Below are positions 1 through 10,459 of a stretch of DNA of 64,000 bases, piece after piece. Numbering within the stretch: the first letter of the stretch is position 1; each line of letters begins with the position of its first letter. Position numbers and translations under genes: made by a program. The notes below the pieces were generated by a model. It was not told where the DNA came from and did no database searches. It saw only the letters and a program-made list of their open reading frames with translations. This DNA comes from Octopus bimaculoides (lineage: Eukaryota): the NCBI RefSeq assembly GCF_001194135.2, contig NC_068993.1, forward strand, positions 41,837,533 through 41,901,532. The letters are read 5' to 3'.

Positions 1-219
1 ATTAATTTTAGTACTTCTGAAAACGGTTTGCTATAAATATTAGCAACAGTAAGCAATTTTGAAACTGAATAAAATCCCCAAAACTCATTATGGATTTAAA
101 TTTACCTCTCAAATTCATCAATAATGAACATTAAATTATATAAAAGTTAATCCAATATTTTATACAAACATTTCTGTATTCACCCGGTTAACTTACTCGT
201 AAGTACTACTTATAGTGAT

Positions 220-268
<49 letters not shown>

Positions 269-635
269 GTGTGAACGTGTGTGCTAATTAAGAAGAGAGA
301 AGAGTTTCTACGATTCTTTTTACCAAAGAGAGAAAAGAGTGAAAAAAGTGAAACGAGCAGACATTATTTTCATATAATTCTTTTATTAAACTTCACAGTA
401 GCCCTGAATAGTACCATTTCGCCCTTATTCTAGATTCTTAAGTACGACATAACTCGAGGTTATAAAATTAGTTAGCTTTTGACTAGATAAACTATATCTA
501 TTTGATACCCCGCTCCTTGTTACTTTAGATTTATAGAAGGTCACTTATGGGGTACAATACATTAACAGTCATTCTATTTTGTATCTTTTATTTGTTTTAG
601 TCATCAAACTGCAGCCATGGAGGAGCACCGCATAT

Positions 636-1083
636 GTCAGCTGATGTCCATTGTAGCCATTCTGAAAGAAACAGTATGGAAGACACGCGCGAAGGGATTG
701 CGACAGGTATCTTTATTTCCAGCCAAGGTCTAGTTAATTACTTTAACTACCACCTTAAAAGTAAAATCAGGCTGGAAAAGAGATATCCGACGCTGAGCAC
801 GTTTCGTAAAAGATGGCAGAATGTGGAGAGAAAGTTGAGGATGAATTGGAGCCGGTTAAGCTCAACCATCCAGCCGGAACTGAAGGAAACGTCAGTCAAC
901 GGCGATGGGCCTATGAGCCCGGGTAACTTTCACGTGTAAATATTTATTCATAATTTTATTAATTTTAAATCGAAATTAATTTTAATCGGAATTTAAAAAA
1001 AAGGAAAACACGAACTCTCTATGTTTTGTCTGTTCTTGTACTGTCCTCTCTTCGTTATGTCCAGTGTGGCAAATAAAGAAAGA
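636..1083 (+). mobile_element. 3' fragment of an L1/Tx1-clade non-LTR retrotransposon (ORF2 C-terminus plus 3' UTR)
   Basis: Joining two frames across a 1-nt deletion gives MSIVAILKETVWKTRAKGL-ATGIFISSQGLVNYFNYHLKSKIRLEKRYPTLSTFRKRWQNVERK. This resembles Tx1-type ORF2 C-termini (W..R.K.L ... F..RW). It ends in a pyrimidine-rich stretch and AATAAAGAAA. Confidence 0.65.
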
Positions 1084-1479
1084 GTTCGTTCTATGGAACA
1101 TGCAAATGATCCGCATCTCGAACGCCATCCATGATGCATGTGATTATATTTATTAAATAGAATGTTTTAACACTTTGAAGTATCTCCTGCCTTTTACAAA
1201 CTCTGAAGAAATTTGAGATGAGTACTAGCAAAAGAAAAAAAAAAGGCAGAGTGTATATTGTGAAGCATAACGTAAGTTCAGAGTGACATCTGGGAACACT
1301 ACCCAGAGCAAAAAGTGTGGTAGATATTTGTTGGGAAATAGTGGAAAAATCTAAAGATGAGGAGAATAAAGGCAGAGGTGGCAGTTGTCGTTATTGTTGT
1401 TGATGTTGTTACTGTTTAACCCCTGGCCAATCCTGATCGATGACCAAATGCATTCTAGCGATGACTTACTGTTTTTTGT

Positions 1480-2000
1480 TTTCACTCGCTGTGCAATTAC
1501 ATATAGATTGAATCCGACTGTATGACACCTTGGGCAAATATCTGCTATTGTTGCACAGGGCTGGATAATACTTTGTGTATGAATTTAGTTGAAAAATCTT
1601 TATTGAAGTCTGTTGCACGTGCATCATTGCACATACACACGCGTGCCTGTGTAATTATGTGCACGTCTGCATACGTTTCTGTGTTTGTGCTTATCTCACC
1701 GGTTGAGTACCGATGTGTCTTTTGTTTTTGCTCTTTGGCTTTTGCAGTTCACAGAGAGAGTACCAGAATTTAAATAAGTATTGGGATAGATTTGATTGAC
1801 TAAAACAGGGGTCCTCAAACTTTTTAGACAATCGACCTCTTCATGAAATACATGACCCTTCATCACCCCAGGCTTATACAAGAAAATAAATAAATAATAA
1901 TTATTAAGTAGATGTGCATTTGTCGATCCCTTGAATAGTCCTATAGATCCCCAGGGGTCGATATTGACCACTTTGGAGACCCATGGACTAAAACCTTCGA
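1480..2000 (+). mobile_element. Degenerate bipartite SINE (family AB) interrupted by a hAT MITE
   Basis: gacaccttgggcaaat matches the A half, and gggatagatttgattgactaaaa...ccttcgaag matches the B half seen in better copies (4076-4385, 8695-9055). Confidence 0.55.
1806..1985. mobile_element. hAT-superfamily MITE (180 bp)
   Basis: Imperfect TIRs CAGGGGTCCTCAAAC / CTTTGGAGACCCATG. Perfect 8-bp TSD GACTAAAA at 1798-1805 and 1986-1993; 8-bp TSDs are characteristic of hAT. Confidence 0.85.
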
Positions 2001-3426
2001 AGTGTACATCATGTTAGTAAAAGATAAAAGTATCTAATGCATCTACCGTTTCCCTCATTTTCAAGACGGCAGGGTATGCTTTGAGTGATATTAAGCTGTT
2101 ATATCTCGTTTGCAGAGCGATTAAATAGGGACTCACTTGTCAGCTCGGAAAGATGCCAGTTCTTATTTTAAAAATTTCGGATCAGAATAAATAACAAATG
2201 CAGCCTGATAAAAGAACTGTAAAAGAAATATGCTTAATAACAGTCATGATCAGATCTCGTAAGAGAGGCTTTCTACTGTTGTTACTTCGGGGGACACTGA
2301 GAGAACAAAACAAAAGCCAAAAGAGAAGATCCCATGAATAAATGAATAAAATGTCCCTTACAATTTTGAGGAAAACGGCCCTGCCCCCGGGGTCCTTGAC
2401 TGCAATCTTCCTGTAGCAAAACCTCTCTCGGAAGTTCTGTTTATGACATGGCTTTCATCGGTTGCTTTATAAAAACAAATAGTTAAACTGGATTTATACA
2501 CGCTATATGCAATTTCTCATCTTCCCATTAAATATATTTATTTATATATTTATTTCACATTTGTGCGGGGACCACACAGAATTACATTTGTATTTAAACA
2601 GCATACAGGAAATTGGTTTATATTTCACGATTAAATAGATAAGATGGATATGAAGTCCAAATTATTTCCCTAGTGTACAAGTAGTTTTGGGTGATGTATT
2701 TAATGTGGTTAAGTTAGTGTAATAATATCGCCAATCAGTGACACATTTGCTGAACGTGACTGTGTAATACCTTTCAAACGAGAACAGAATAAAACCTGCT
2801 TGCTATGACAGAAATGTTGAGCCGATGTTGGTATTTGCACACACATCAACATACTGGAAATATTATACAAAAAAAAAAAAAAGATTTCTGAATAATATTC
2901 CTTTTTTCCTGTTCCATATCTCATATATCTTACACTCATGACCTCATATATAACATCAGTATATACTGTTGCAATATATTTACATACACATACATACACA
3001 CGCGCGCACAAAGACTTGCACATATATTCATATGAGCTGCATGCAATTTTCTTTCTCCTTGCATCCTTTGTGCATTATGCGTATGCATATACACACATAT
3101 ATGTATATGCGTGTATGAGGGAGTATGTGTGTATGTGTGTGTCTGCATACGTTTATATATATATATATATATATATATGCATGTATGTGTGTGTGTGTGC
3201 ATTATGCGTATGCATATACACACATATATGTATATGCGTGTATGAGGGAGNNNNNNNNNNNNNNNNNNNNNNNNNNNNNNNNNNNNNNNNNNNNNNNNNN
3301 NNNNNNNNNNNNNNNNNNNNNNNNNNNNNNNNNNNNNNNNNNNNNNNNNNNNNNNNNNNNNNNNNNNNNNNNNNNNNNNNNNNNNNNNNNNNNNNNNNNN
3401 NNNNNNNNNNNNNNNNNNNNNNNNNN

Positions 3427-3468
<42 letters not shown>

Positions 3469-3570
3469 TGTATGTGTGTGTGTGTGTGTTTTTGTATGCA
3501 TGTATACATACCCACATACACACATACGTACATACATACAATTGTGAATATATTTGTATATTTGCACATA

Positions 3571-4075
3571 TGTGGTGGTATCAGAAAGTTCCCGGACTAG
3601 ATTTGTAGCGCACCAACAGATGACAGCACACAGTTGCGTGCGCAATGAGAACTGGCAATGACCTTCATGAGGCTGTGTGCCGAGTGACATCGCTGTGTTT
3701 ACGTCCCAAGTTGTGAAATGTATGTATTGTGATCACGTGTAAGCTGTGGTTTCTGATTTTGTCATGGACATGAAACAAAGAGCCAACGTAAAATTTTGTG
3801 TTGAGCTTGGGAAGTCGGCCACAGAGACATTGAGGATACTTTGGCAAGCTTACGGCGACAAGATAATGGGTCGTACGCAATATCTCGAGTGGCACGAGCG
3901 CTTCAAAAGCGGAATAACTTCCCTGGAAGACGATGAATGATTTGGAAGATCTGCCACGAACGTCACTTGGAAACGTGAAGTTGTGCATCAAGAATTCGTC
4001 CCCCAAGGCCAGACCGTAAATCGAGAGTTCTACTGCGACGCTTTTGAAGCATTTAAGGGAGGACATTCGGTGAAA
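3571..4075 (+). mobile_element. Internally deleted mariner transposon (left end plus transposase fragments)
   Basis: TA followed by a TIR-like GGTGGTATCAGAAAGTTCCCGGACT. ATG at 3764 gives MDMKQRANVKFCVELGKSATETLRILWQAYGDKIMGRTQYLEWHERFKSGITSLEDDE (mariner N-terminal HTH). After a deletion comes VVHQEFVPQGQTVNREFYCD..KHLREDIR (mariner catalytic region). Confidence 0.9.
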
Positions 4076-4385
4076 GCCCTCTGAGTGGATTTCGCAGATG
4101 GAAACTGAAAGAAGCCGTCGTATATATGTATATGTGTGTGTAGGTGTTTGTGTGTGTGTGCGTGTGTGTGTACACCTGCGCGTGTGTCTTTGTGCCTTTG
4201 TTTGTTCCCAATCACCGCTTGACAACCGGTGTTGGTGTGTTTACGTCCCGTTTACTTAGCAGTTCGGCAAAAGAGACGGTTAGAATAAGTACTGGGCTAG
4301 GGATCGATTTGTTCGACTTAAAACTCTTGAAGGTGGTGTTCCAGCATGGCTGCAGTCAAATGATTGAAACAAGTAAAAGAATAAT
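4076..4385 (+). mobile_element. Bipartite SINE family AB (A tail, internal TA/TG microsatellite, B half)
   Basis: gagtggatttcgcagatggaaactgaaagaagccgtcg + (TA/TG)n + ...gttcggcaaaagagac...gatcgatttgttcgact...ccagcatggctgcagtcaaatgattgaaacaagtaaaagaata. The same order recurs elsewhere in the window. Confidence 0.8.
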
Positions 4386-4399
4386 ATATATATATATAC

Positions 4400-4501
4400 A
4401 GGCGTAGGGGTGGCTGTGTGGTAAGTAGCTTGTTTATCAACCACATGGTCCCGGGTTCAATCCCACTGCGTGGCATCTTGGGCAAGTGTCTTCTACTATA
4501 G
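4400..4501 (+). mobile_element. tRNA-derived SINE head (family A), cut by an assembly gap
   Basis: A-box-like TGGCTGTGTGG and B-box-like GGGTTCAATCCC, followed by gtggcatcttgggcaagtgtcttctactatag. Confidence 0.8.
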
Positions 4502-5928
4502 NNNNNNNNNNNNNNNNNNNNNNNNNNNNNNNNNNNNNNNNNNNNNNNNNNNNNNNNNNNNNNNNNNNNNNNNNNNNNNNNNNNNNNNNNNNNNNNNNNN
4601 NNNNNNNNNNNNNNNNNNNNNNNNNNNNNNNNNNNNNNNNNNNNNNNNNNNNNNNNNNNNNNNNNNNNNNNNNNNNNNNNNNNNNNNNNNNNNNNNNNNN
4701 NNNNNNNNNNNNNNNNNNNNNNNNNNNNNNNNNNNNNNNNNNNNNNNNNNNNNNNNNNNNNNNNNNNNNNNNNNNNNNNNNNNNNNNNNNNNNNNNNNNN
4801 NNNNNNNNNNNNNNNNNNNNNNNNNNNNNNNNNNNNNNNNNNNNNNNNNNNNNNNNNNNNNNNNNNNNNNNNNNNNNNNNNNNNNNNNNNNNNNNNNNNN
4901 NNNNNNNNNNNNNNNNNNNNNNNNNNNNNNNNNNNNNNNNNNNNNNNNNNNNNNNNNNNNNNNNNNNNNNNNNNNNNNNNNNNNNNNNNNNNNNNNNNNN
5001 NNNNNNNNNNNNNNNNNNNNNNNNNNNNNNNNNNNNNNNNNNNNNNNNNNNNNNNNNNNNNNNGGGGGGGGGTGTATGCGTGTGTGTGTGTGTGCGTTTA
5101 CTTGAGTTTGTATATACACGTATGCTTAAACACACACATTCACATATAACATATATATAAACGCAGAAACATATATTTCATACATACTCAAATATGCAAA
5201 TACGTGTGTATATGTATGTGCGTATCTCTGTCCCCCTCTCTTTCTATTTCTCTCTTCCTCTCTCTCTCACTCTCTCTCTCTCACTCATATACACACACAC
5301 AGTCTAGCAACCTCGGATACTGATGGTAAAATATAAAAGAAAAGTAGCGTGGCAACCTGGGAATTGAACTAAACGTACGAATAAACTATAACAAACGATA
5401 ATAGAGAAACTAAAAGATAAAATGAACACGAAATCTTAACAAATTATAAGGATGGGACGAGAAAATTAAAAGAAAGCAACAGTTAAGTGTGGAATGTTAC
5501 AATAACATACTTACTGACATGAGCAAGGAACTGCCTTTGTAGACCCCTCCTCACTCTTTCATCCGCTGACCCCGAACAGTGACTAATTAGGCCACTGGCT
5601 GCCCTTTCACTCAACGCCCATTTAAAAACAACTGTCGACATGAATATATGAATGTTTCCTTTCCTTTGACACATATCTAGATTAGTAAGTGGCAATGGAT
5701 GTATCGTACCTCCACCAAAGGGTAGCCATGCAGCCGCCAAATAGACTGTTTGTTGACACATGACAGTCGGTGAGCCTAAGTAACGGTACTCCCCCTCCCC
5801 TACACACACAACACACGAAACGCACATACATACACACTTCCTGGTCGACAAATATAACAGATTTTACTGCATTGTAAGACCAACGGACGTCCATCTTCGT
5901 ATTAGTTGTTATTATTAAAGGCGTCGTT

Positions 5929-6670
5929 AAGGCGACGAGCGGGCAGAATCGTTAGCACACCGGACGAAATGCTTAGAGGCATTTCGTCTGCCGTTACGTT
6001 CTGAGTTCAAATTCCACCGAATTTTTCTTTCATTCTTTCCTTTGCCTTTCATCCTTTCGAAGCCGATAAATTAAGTACCAGTTACGCACTGAGGTCGATG
6101 TTATCGACTTAACCCATTTGTCTGTCCTTGTTTGTCCCCTCTATGTTTAGCCCCTTCTGGGCAATAAAGAAATAAGAATCGTTAGCACGCTTAGCTTAGC
6201 GGTATCTTATCTGCCGCTACGTTCTGAGTTCAAATTCCGTTAAGGTCGACTTTGCCTTTGATCCTCTCGGTGGTCGATAAATTAAGTATCAGTGAAACAC
6301 TGGGGTCGATGTAATCGCCTCGTCCTACACAATTGGGGTCCTTATACCTAAAGCAGAAAGGATTATTAAAGGCGGTGAGCTGGCAGACTCGTTAGGACGC
6401 GGGCTAAATGTTTAGCGCCCGTCTTTACGTTCTGAGAAAACACTTCAGCCGAGGTTGACTTTGGCTTTTATCCCTTTCGAGGTCAATAAAATAAGGAGGG
6501 GTCGATGCAATCGATTACTCCTCTCCCGAGAAATTTCAGGCGTTGTGCCAAAATTTGAAACCATTTTTAAAGGCGTCGAGCTGGCAAAATTCTATGTGCG
6601 AAAAGGTGCTTAGCGGACGAAATGCCGGTTAAGATTTTGCCCAGCGTGCCGATGATTCTCACAGCCTTAG
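5929..6670 (+). mobile_element. Head-to-tail cluster of about 4 tRNA-derived SINE family C copies plus an inverted partial head
   Basis: Repeated ggcg.cgagctggcagaatcgttagcac...gttctgagttcaaattcc.ccgaggtcgactttgcctttcatcctttcg.ggtcgataaattaagtacc, starting at ~5929, 6175, 6369 and 6568. Confidence 0.85.
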
Positions 6671-6674
6671 TTAT

Positions 6675-6944
6675 ATTATTTACATTCGACAGATATTTGT
6701 TCTCATCTTGTTTAACACAACGTTTCGGCTGATATACCCTCCAGCCTTCTTCAGGTGTCTTGGGGGAAATTTCGAACTTGGATTCTCATTCCTAGGGTAT
6801 TTTTCGATGGTGTTATTATTATTATTATTATGATTCAGGTCACTGCTTGGAATCGAACTCGGAATCTTCGGGTTAGTAGCCCACTCTCTTAATCACTACG
6901 CCACATGCCCGGTAACGCCATATGGCGTGGTTAAGTATAGAACT
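6675..6944 (-). mobile_element. tRNA-headed SINE-like element (family D) carrying a Penelope-type hammerhead ribozyme
   Basis: On the minus strand: A box TGGCGTAGTGA, anticodon-like arm GGG-CTACTAA-CCC, B box GAGTTCGATTCC, (AAT)n, then the hammerhead motif. Flanked by the direct repeat GCCTTAGTTAT at 6664-6674 and 6945-6955. Confidence 0.75.
6714..6759 (-). ncRNA. Minimal type I hammerhead ribozyme (Penelope-like; probably acts as a dimer)
   Basis: Minus strand reads GACAC-CUGAAGA-A-GGCUG-(GAGGGUAUAU)-CAGCC-GAAA-CGUU^GUGUU. Stem I is GACAC/GUGUU, stem II is a perfect 5 bp, and palindromic ACGU replaces stem III. Predicted cleavage is between 6719 and 6718. Confidence 0.7.
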
Positions 6945-7008
6945 GCCTTAGTTATGTTGATAATATTATTTGGGAAAAGAAAGCAGAGAACTGGCAGATA
7001 CTCTCATA

Positions 7009-7009
7009 C

Positions 7010-7054
<45 letters not shown>

Positions 7055-7080
7055 CGCGCGTGCGCGCGTGTGTGTGTGAG
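7009..7080. repeat. (TG)n microsatellite
   Basis: Direct inspection. Confidence 0.95.
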
Positions 7081-7130
7081 AGAGAGGAGCTTCTTCACAA
7101 TTTTCGTTTATAAAATTTACAAAATATTAG

Positions 7131-7245
7131 GTCAGCCCGGGGCTATAGTAGAAGACATCTGCTCGAGGTGCCGCGCAATGAGACTGAACCCGAAACGAGA
7201 TGGTTGTCAAACGAACTTCTTTATCCACACAGCTATGTCTGTGCA
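7131..7245 (-). mobile_element. SINE family A fragment
   Basis: ggctatagtagaagacatctgctcgaggtgccgcgcaatgagactgaaccc is the reverse complement of the head at 4400-4501. Confidence 0.75.
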
Positions 7246-8165
7246 TGTTTTTTTCTCTTTTTTTTTTTTTCGTGTTTTTCAGCAACCTAAAATAATTTTG
7301 AAGTTAATTTTTTTTTTTTTTTAGGAGAAAGTCATTTCAGAATTTACCTCACATATCATAAAGCGAGAAGTTTCTCACAATATCAAAGACATCATCAAAT
7401 TGTAATTAAACTGCTACGTGACCTTAACCACGGCGCCAAAGATGACAAACTAAAAAATAAAAATAAATTAAATTAAAGGAAAACAGAACGAAAAAGAAAA
7501 TAATAACTATTTCAGACAAGCAGATAGTATGATGACTATCAAAAGATTTCTAAAACGGATATTATGTCTGGTGTCTCGCTGAATCTTCGTGAGGGCCATG
7601 TTTGGTTTCATTTCAAGTGTCTTTGTTTTTATCATGATTACGTGTCAGTTAACGATTCCTAACTCCACGTTTTACATATAGAGACTCTTACAGAATGTCA
7701 CTATATTTTGAGCATGAAGATTGGTATCTTAATATTATACTATTAAAATTGTAATCGGTATATACGAGGATTAAAAACTAAACATTTTTTTCTGAAGTTT
7801 ATATATATATATATATATTGATAGATAGATAGATAGATAAAGAATAAAGATAGAATTATTCTTGTAGAGGAAATTAGATCATTAGTTCTCTTCGATTTCT
7901 GAGGAAAAAAATCTCAGACTTCTTGGTTGCATCATGCTATATTTTTTTTACTTGTTTCAGTTTTTTGAGTGAAACAAGCCATGCTGGAGCATCGCGAACA
8001 AATCGACCCTTGTACGTATCTGTTTTAAGTTTGCTACTTAATCTAGTGGTCTGTTTTGTCGAACAGTTAATTTACGGGGAAATAGAAATAAACGTGGATG
8101 AGGGCAATTATACACGCACACACACACACACACATACATACACACACATACACACACATACACAC

Positions 8166-8196
<31 letters not shown>

Positions 8197-8212
8197 CATG
8201 TATAAAAATATA

Positions 8213-8370
8213 TGCGCAGGCGTAACCCTGTAGTAAAGAGTTTTGCTTCTTAACTCAATCCCTCTGCATGGTACCTTTGGCTAGTGTCTTCTGCTATATC
8301 TTCGTCGCCGACTAAATCCTTGTGAGTGGATTTAGTAGATGGAAACTGGAAGAAGCTCGTCGTATATGTA
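8213..8370 (+). mobile_element. SINE family A copy
   Basis: gcgcaggcgtaaccctgtagtaaagag...ggtacctttggctagtgtcttctgctatat...ttgtgagtggatttagtagatggaaactggaagaagctcgtcgtatatg. Confidence 0.75.
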
Positions 8371-8694
8371 TCTTTGATCTTTTACTTGTTTCAGTCAGTG
8401 AACCGCGGCCATGCTGGAGCACCGTCTAGGCTAGTTTAGTCGAACAAATCGACCCTTGTACATAGTTGTTTAAATTCTAGTACTTAATCAAAACCACAAT
8501 CTTACAATCATGAGTCGAGTACCCTAACCACTAAAATCACGTGCCTTCATTGATAATATCAATGTATATATCAAATAAACGCGTTAATGCGTTAAATATA
8601 TATAATAGCAATCTAAGCCGAATAGAAACATTCGACTCGAAAATTCTGTGTATGTGTGGGTGTGTTTACGTGTATCTAAATATATGGATTCTTT

Positions 8695-9055
8695 TATTCT
8701 TTTTACTTGTTTCACTCATTTGACTGCGGCCATGCTGGAGCACCACCTCAAAGGGTATTTTCGTCGAAGAAACCAATCCCAGGACATTTTCTTTGTAAGC
8801 CCAGTACTTCTTCATTTGGTCTCTTTCGCCGAACCGTTGAGTTACGGGGACACCAGTTGTCAAGTGATGGTGGGAGTCAAACACAGTTACAAAGACACAC
8901 TCACATAGACACACACGCACACACATAAATACATCCATATACGACGAGCTTCTTTCAGTTTCCTTCTGCCAAATCCAGTCACACGGCTTTGGTCAGCCTG
9001 AGGCTATAGTAGAAGACAACTGCCGAAAGTGCCACGCTGTGGGACTGAACCCGGA
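8695..9055 (-). mobile_element. Near-complete bipartite SINE AB
   Basis: Read on the minus strand: A half (9055-8941), internal CA/TA tract, then B half (8890-8695) ending in gaaacaagtaaaagaataa. Confidence 0.8.
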
Positions 9056-9409
9056 ATGAAATTCAGACTAAATACGATTATTCCTTAGTTTCCGTTTAGA
9101 TCTTCAAGAACACACATAGAGCTCTAAATACTGAAGATCTGTTGTACAATTTAAATTAAAGTCGATTGTATATGTGTCTGTTTTTTTTTTTCATTGTCTA
9201 TATGTGAGTGTGAGCATGTATGTATAAGTATGTATATACGAATGAGTGGACTTGTAGAACACACTTCTCTCACTACATCTGCGTATATTGATGTAGTACG
9301 TCATGTTGAGCGAGTATAACCATCTCGACTTTTCCACGGGACATAAATATATTCTCCGCGTTCTCAGCTTTGATCTAGCGTTACCTGGATGAAGTGAGAG
9401 CATGAGGTG

Positions 9410-9517
9410 TGAGACAAAGTGAGAGAGTAAGAGAGAGAGAAAGAGAGAGTCAGAGAGAGAAAGAGAGAGAGAGAGAAAGAGAGAGAGAGAAAGAGAGAGA
9501 AAGAAAGAGAGAGAGAA

Positions 9518-9572
<55 letters not shown>

Positions 9573-9576
9573 AAGA

Positions 9577-9645
<69 letters not shown>
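9410..9645. repeat. Compound (GA/GAAA)n + (CA)n microsatellite
   Basis: Direct inspection. Confidence 0.95.
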
Positions 9646-9648
<3 letters not shown>

Positions 9649-10368
9649 TGTTTTCAGCTGAGTAAACAGTTACAATAAGTAACGTGACTTGCTCAAAAAC
9701 ACAACAATCTAGCCGACCTATGAAGCGAACCCACGACGTCGTGATCGTGAATTTGAAAACCAAAGCTTTCATGTATGTGTATCCGCACACACACATACAC
9801 ACACACACACGCATACACACACACACACGCATACACACACACACACACACATATATTAGGTAAATAATGAGGGTAGAATTTAATATTATCAATTAACATC
9901 AATTTAAACCAGTGGCCTAGTATCAATAAAAAAAAAATTCCGAAGACTATGAATTATATTACATATATAAATAAGAGGAATAAGAGGAATATTAGGTGGA
10001 TTCTAATATGCTAGAAGACGCCGTATCGTCTTCACTGTAACGACTTCACTGAAGATCTATAGATGATCACTTTAGTGATTACTGATAGGGAAATCTTAAC
10101 GTGTGGAGTTAATTAATCTATTTTGTCTCCTTTCATTTGTCTTGCTCGCATACACTCTGGTGCTTGCTAAAACTTTTGAGAACATGTTCATTGTGGTAAG
10201 ACGATTTGGCGTCTTCTTCTAGCATATTAGGAATCTTCCTTGGTGGTTATTCCTCTTATATGTATACAGATAGATTGATAGATAGCTAGAGAGAGAGAGA
10301 GAGAGAAAGAGATAAATAGATCTATTTACATATGTCTATATGCGTGTACATATGTCTATATGTGTGTG

Positions 10369-10459
<91 letters not shown>

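Noticed and set aside
2773-2853. Minus-strand exon-like segment (MLMCVQIPTSAQHFCHSKQVLFCSRLK)
   Set aside because: The donor is weak, there is no recognisable homology, and such site pairs are expected by chance in 64 kb.
3066-3250. ~127-bp tandem duplication before a gap (similar case at 31850-31968)
   Set aside because: It is low-complexity and directly adjacent to N-runs, so it may be an assembly artefact or an ordinary minisatellite.
6838-6910. Functional tRNA gene (anticodon-like loop CTACTAA)
   Set aside because: The acceptor and T stems do not pair properly, and the sequence continues into a repeat body inside a TSD. It is a SINE head.
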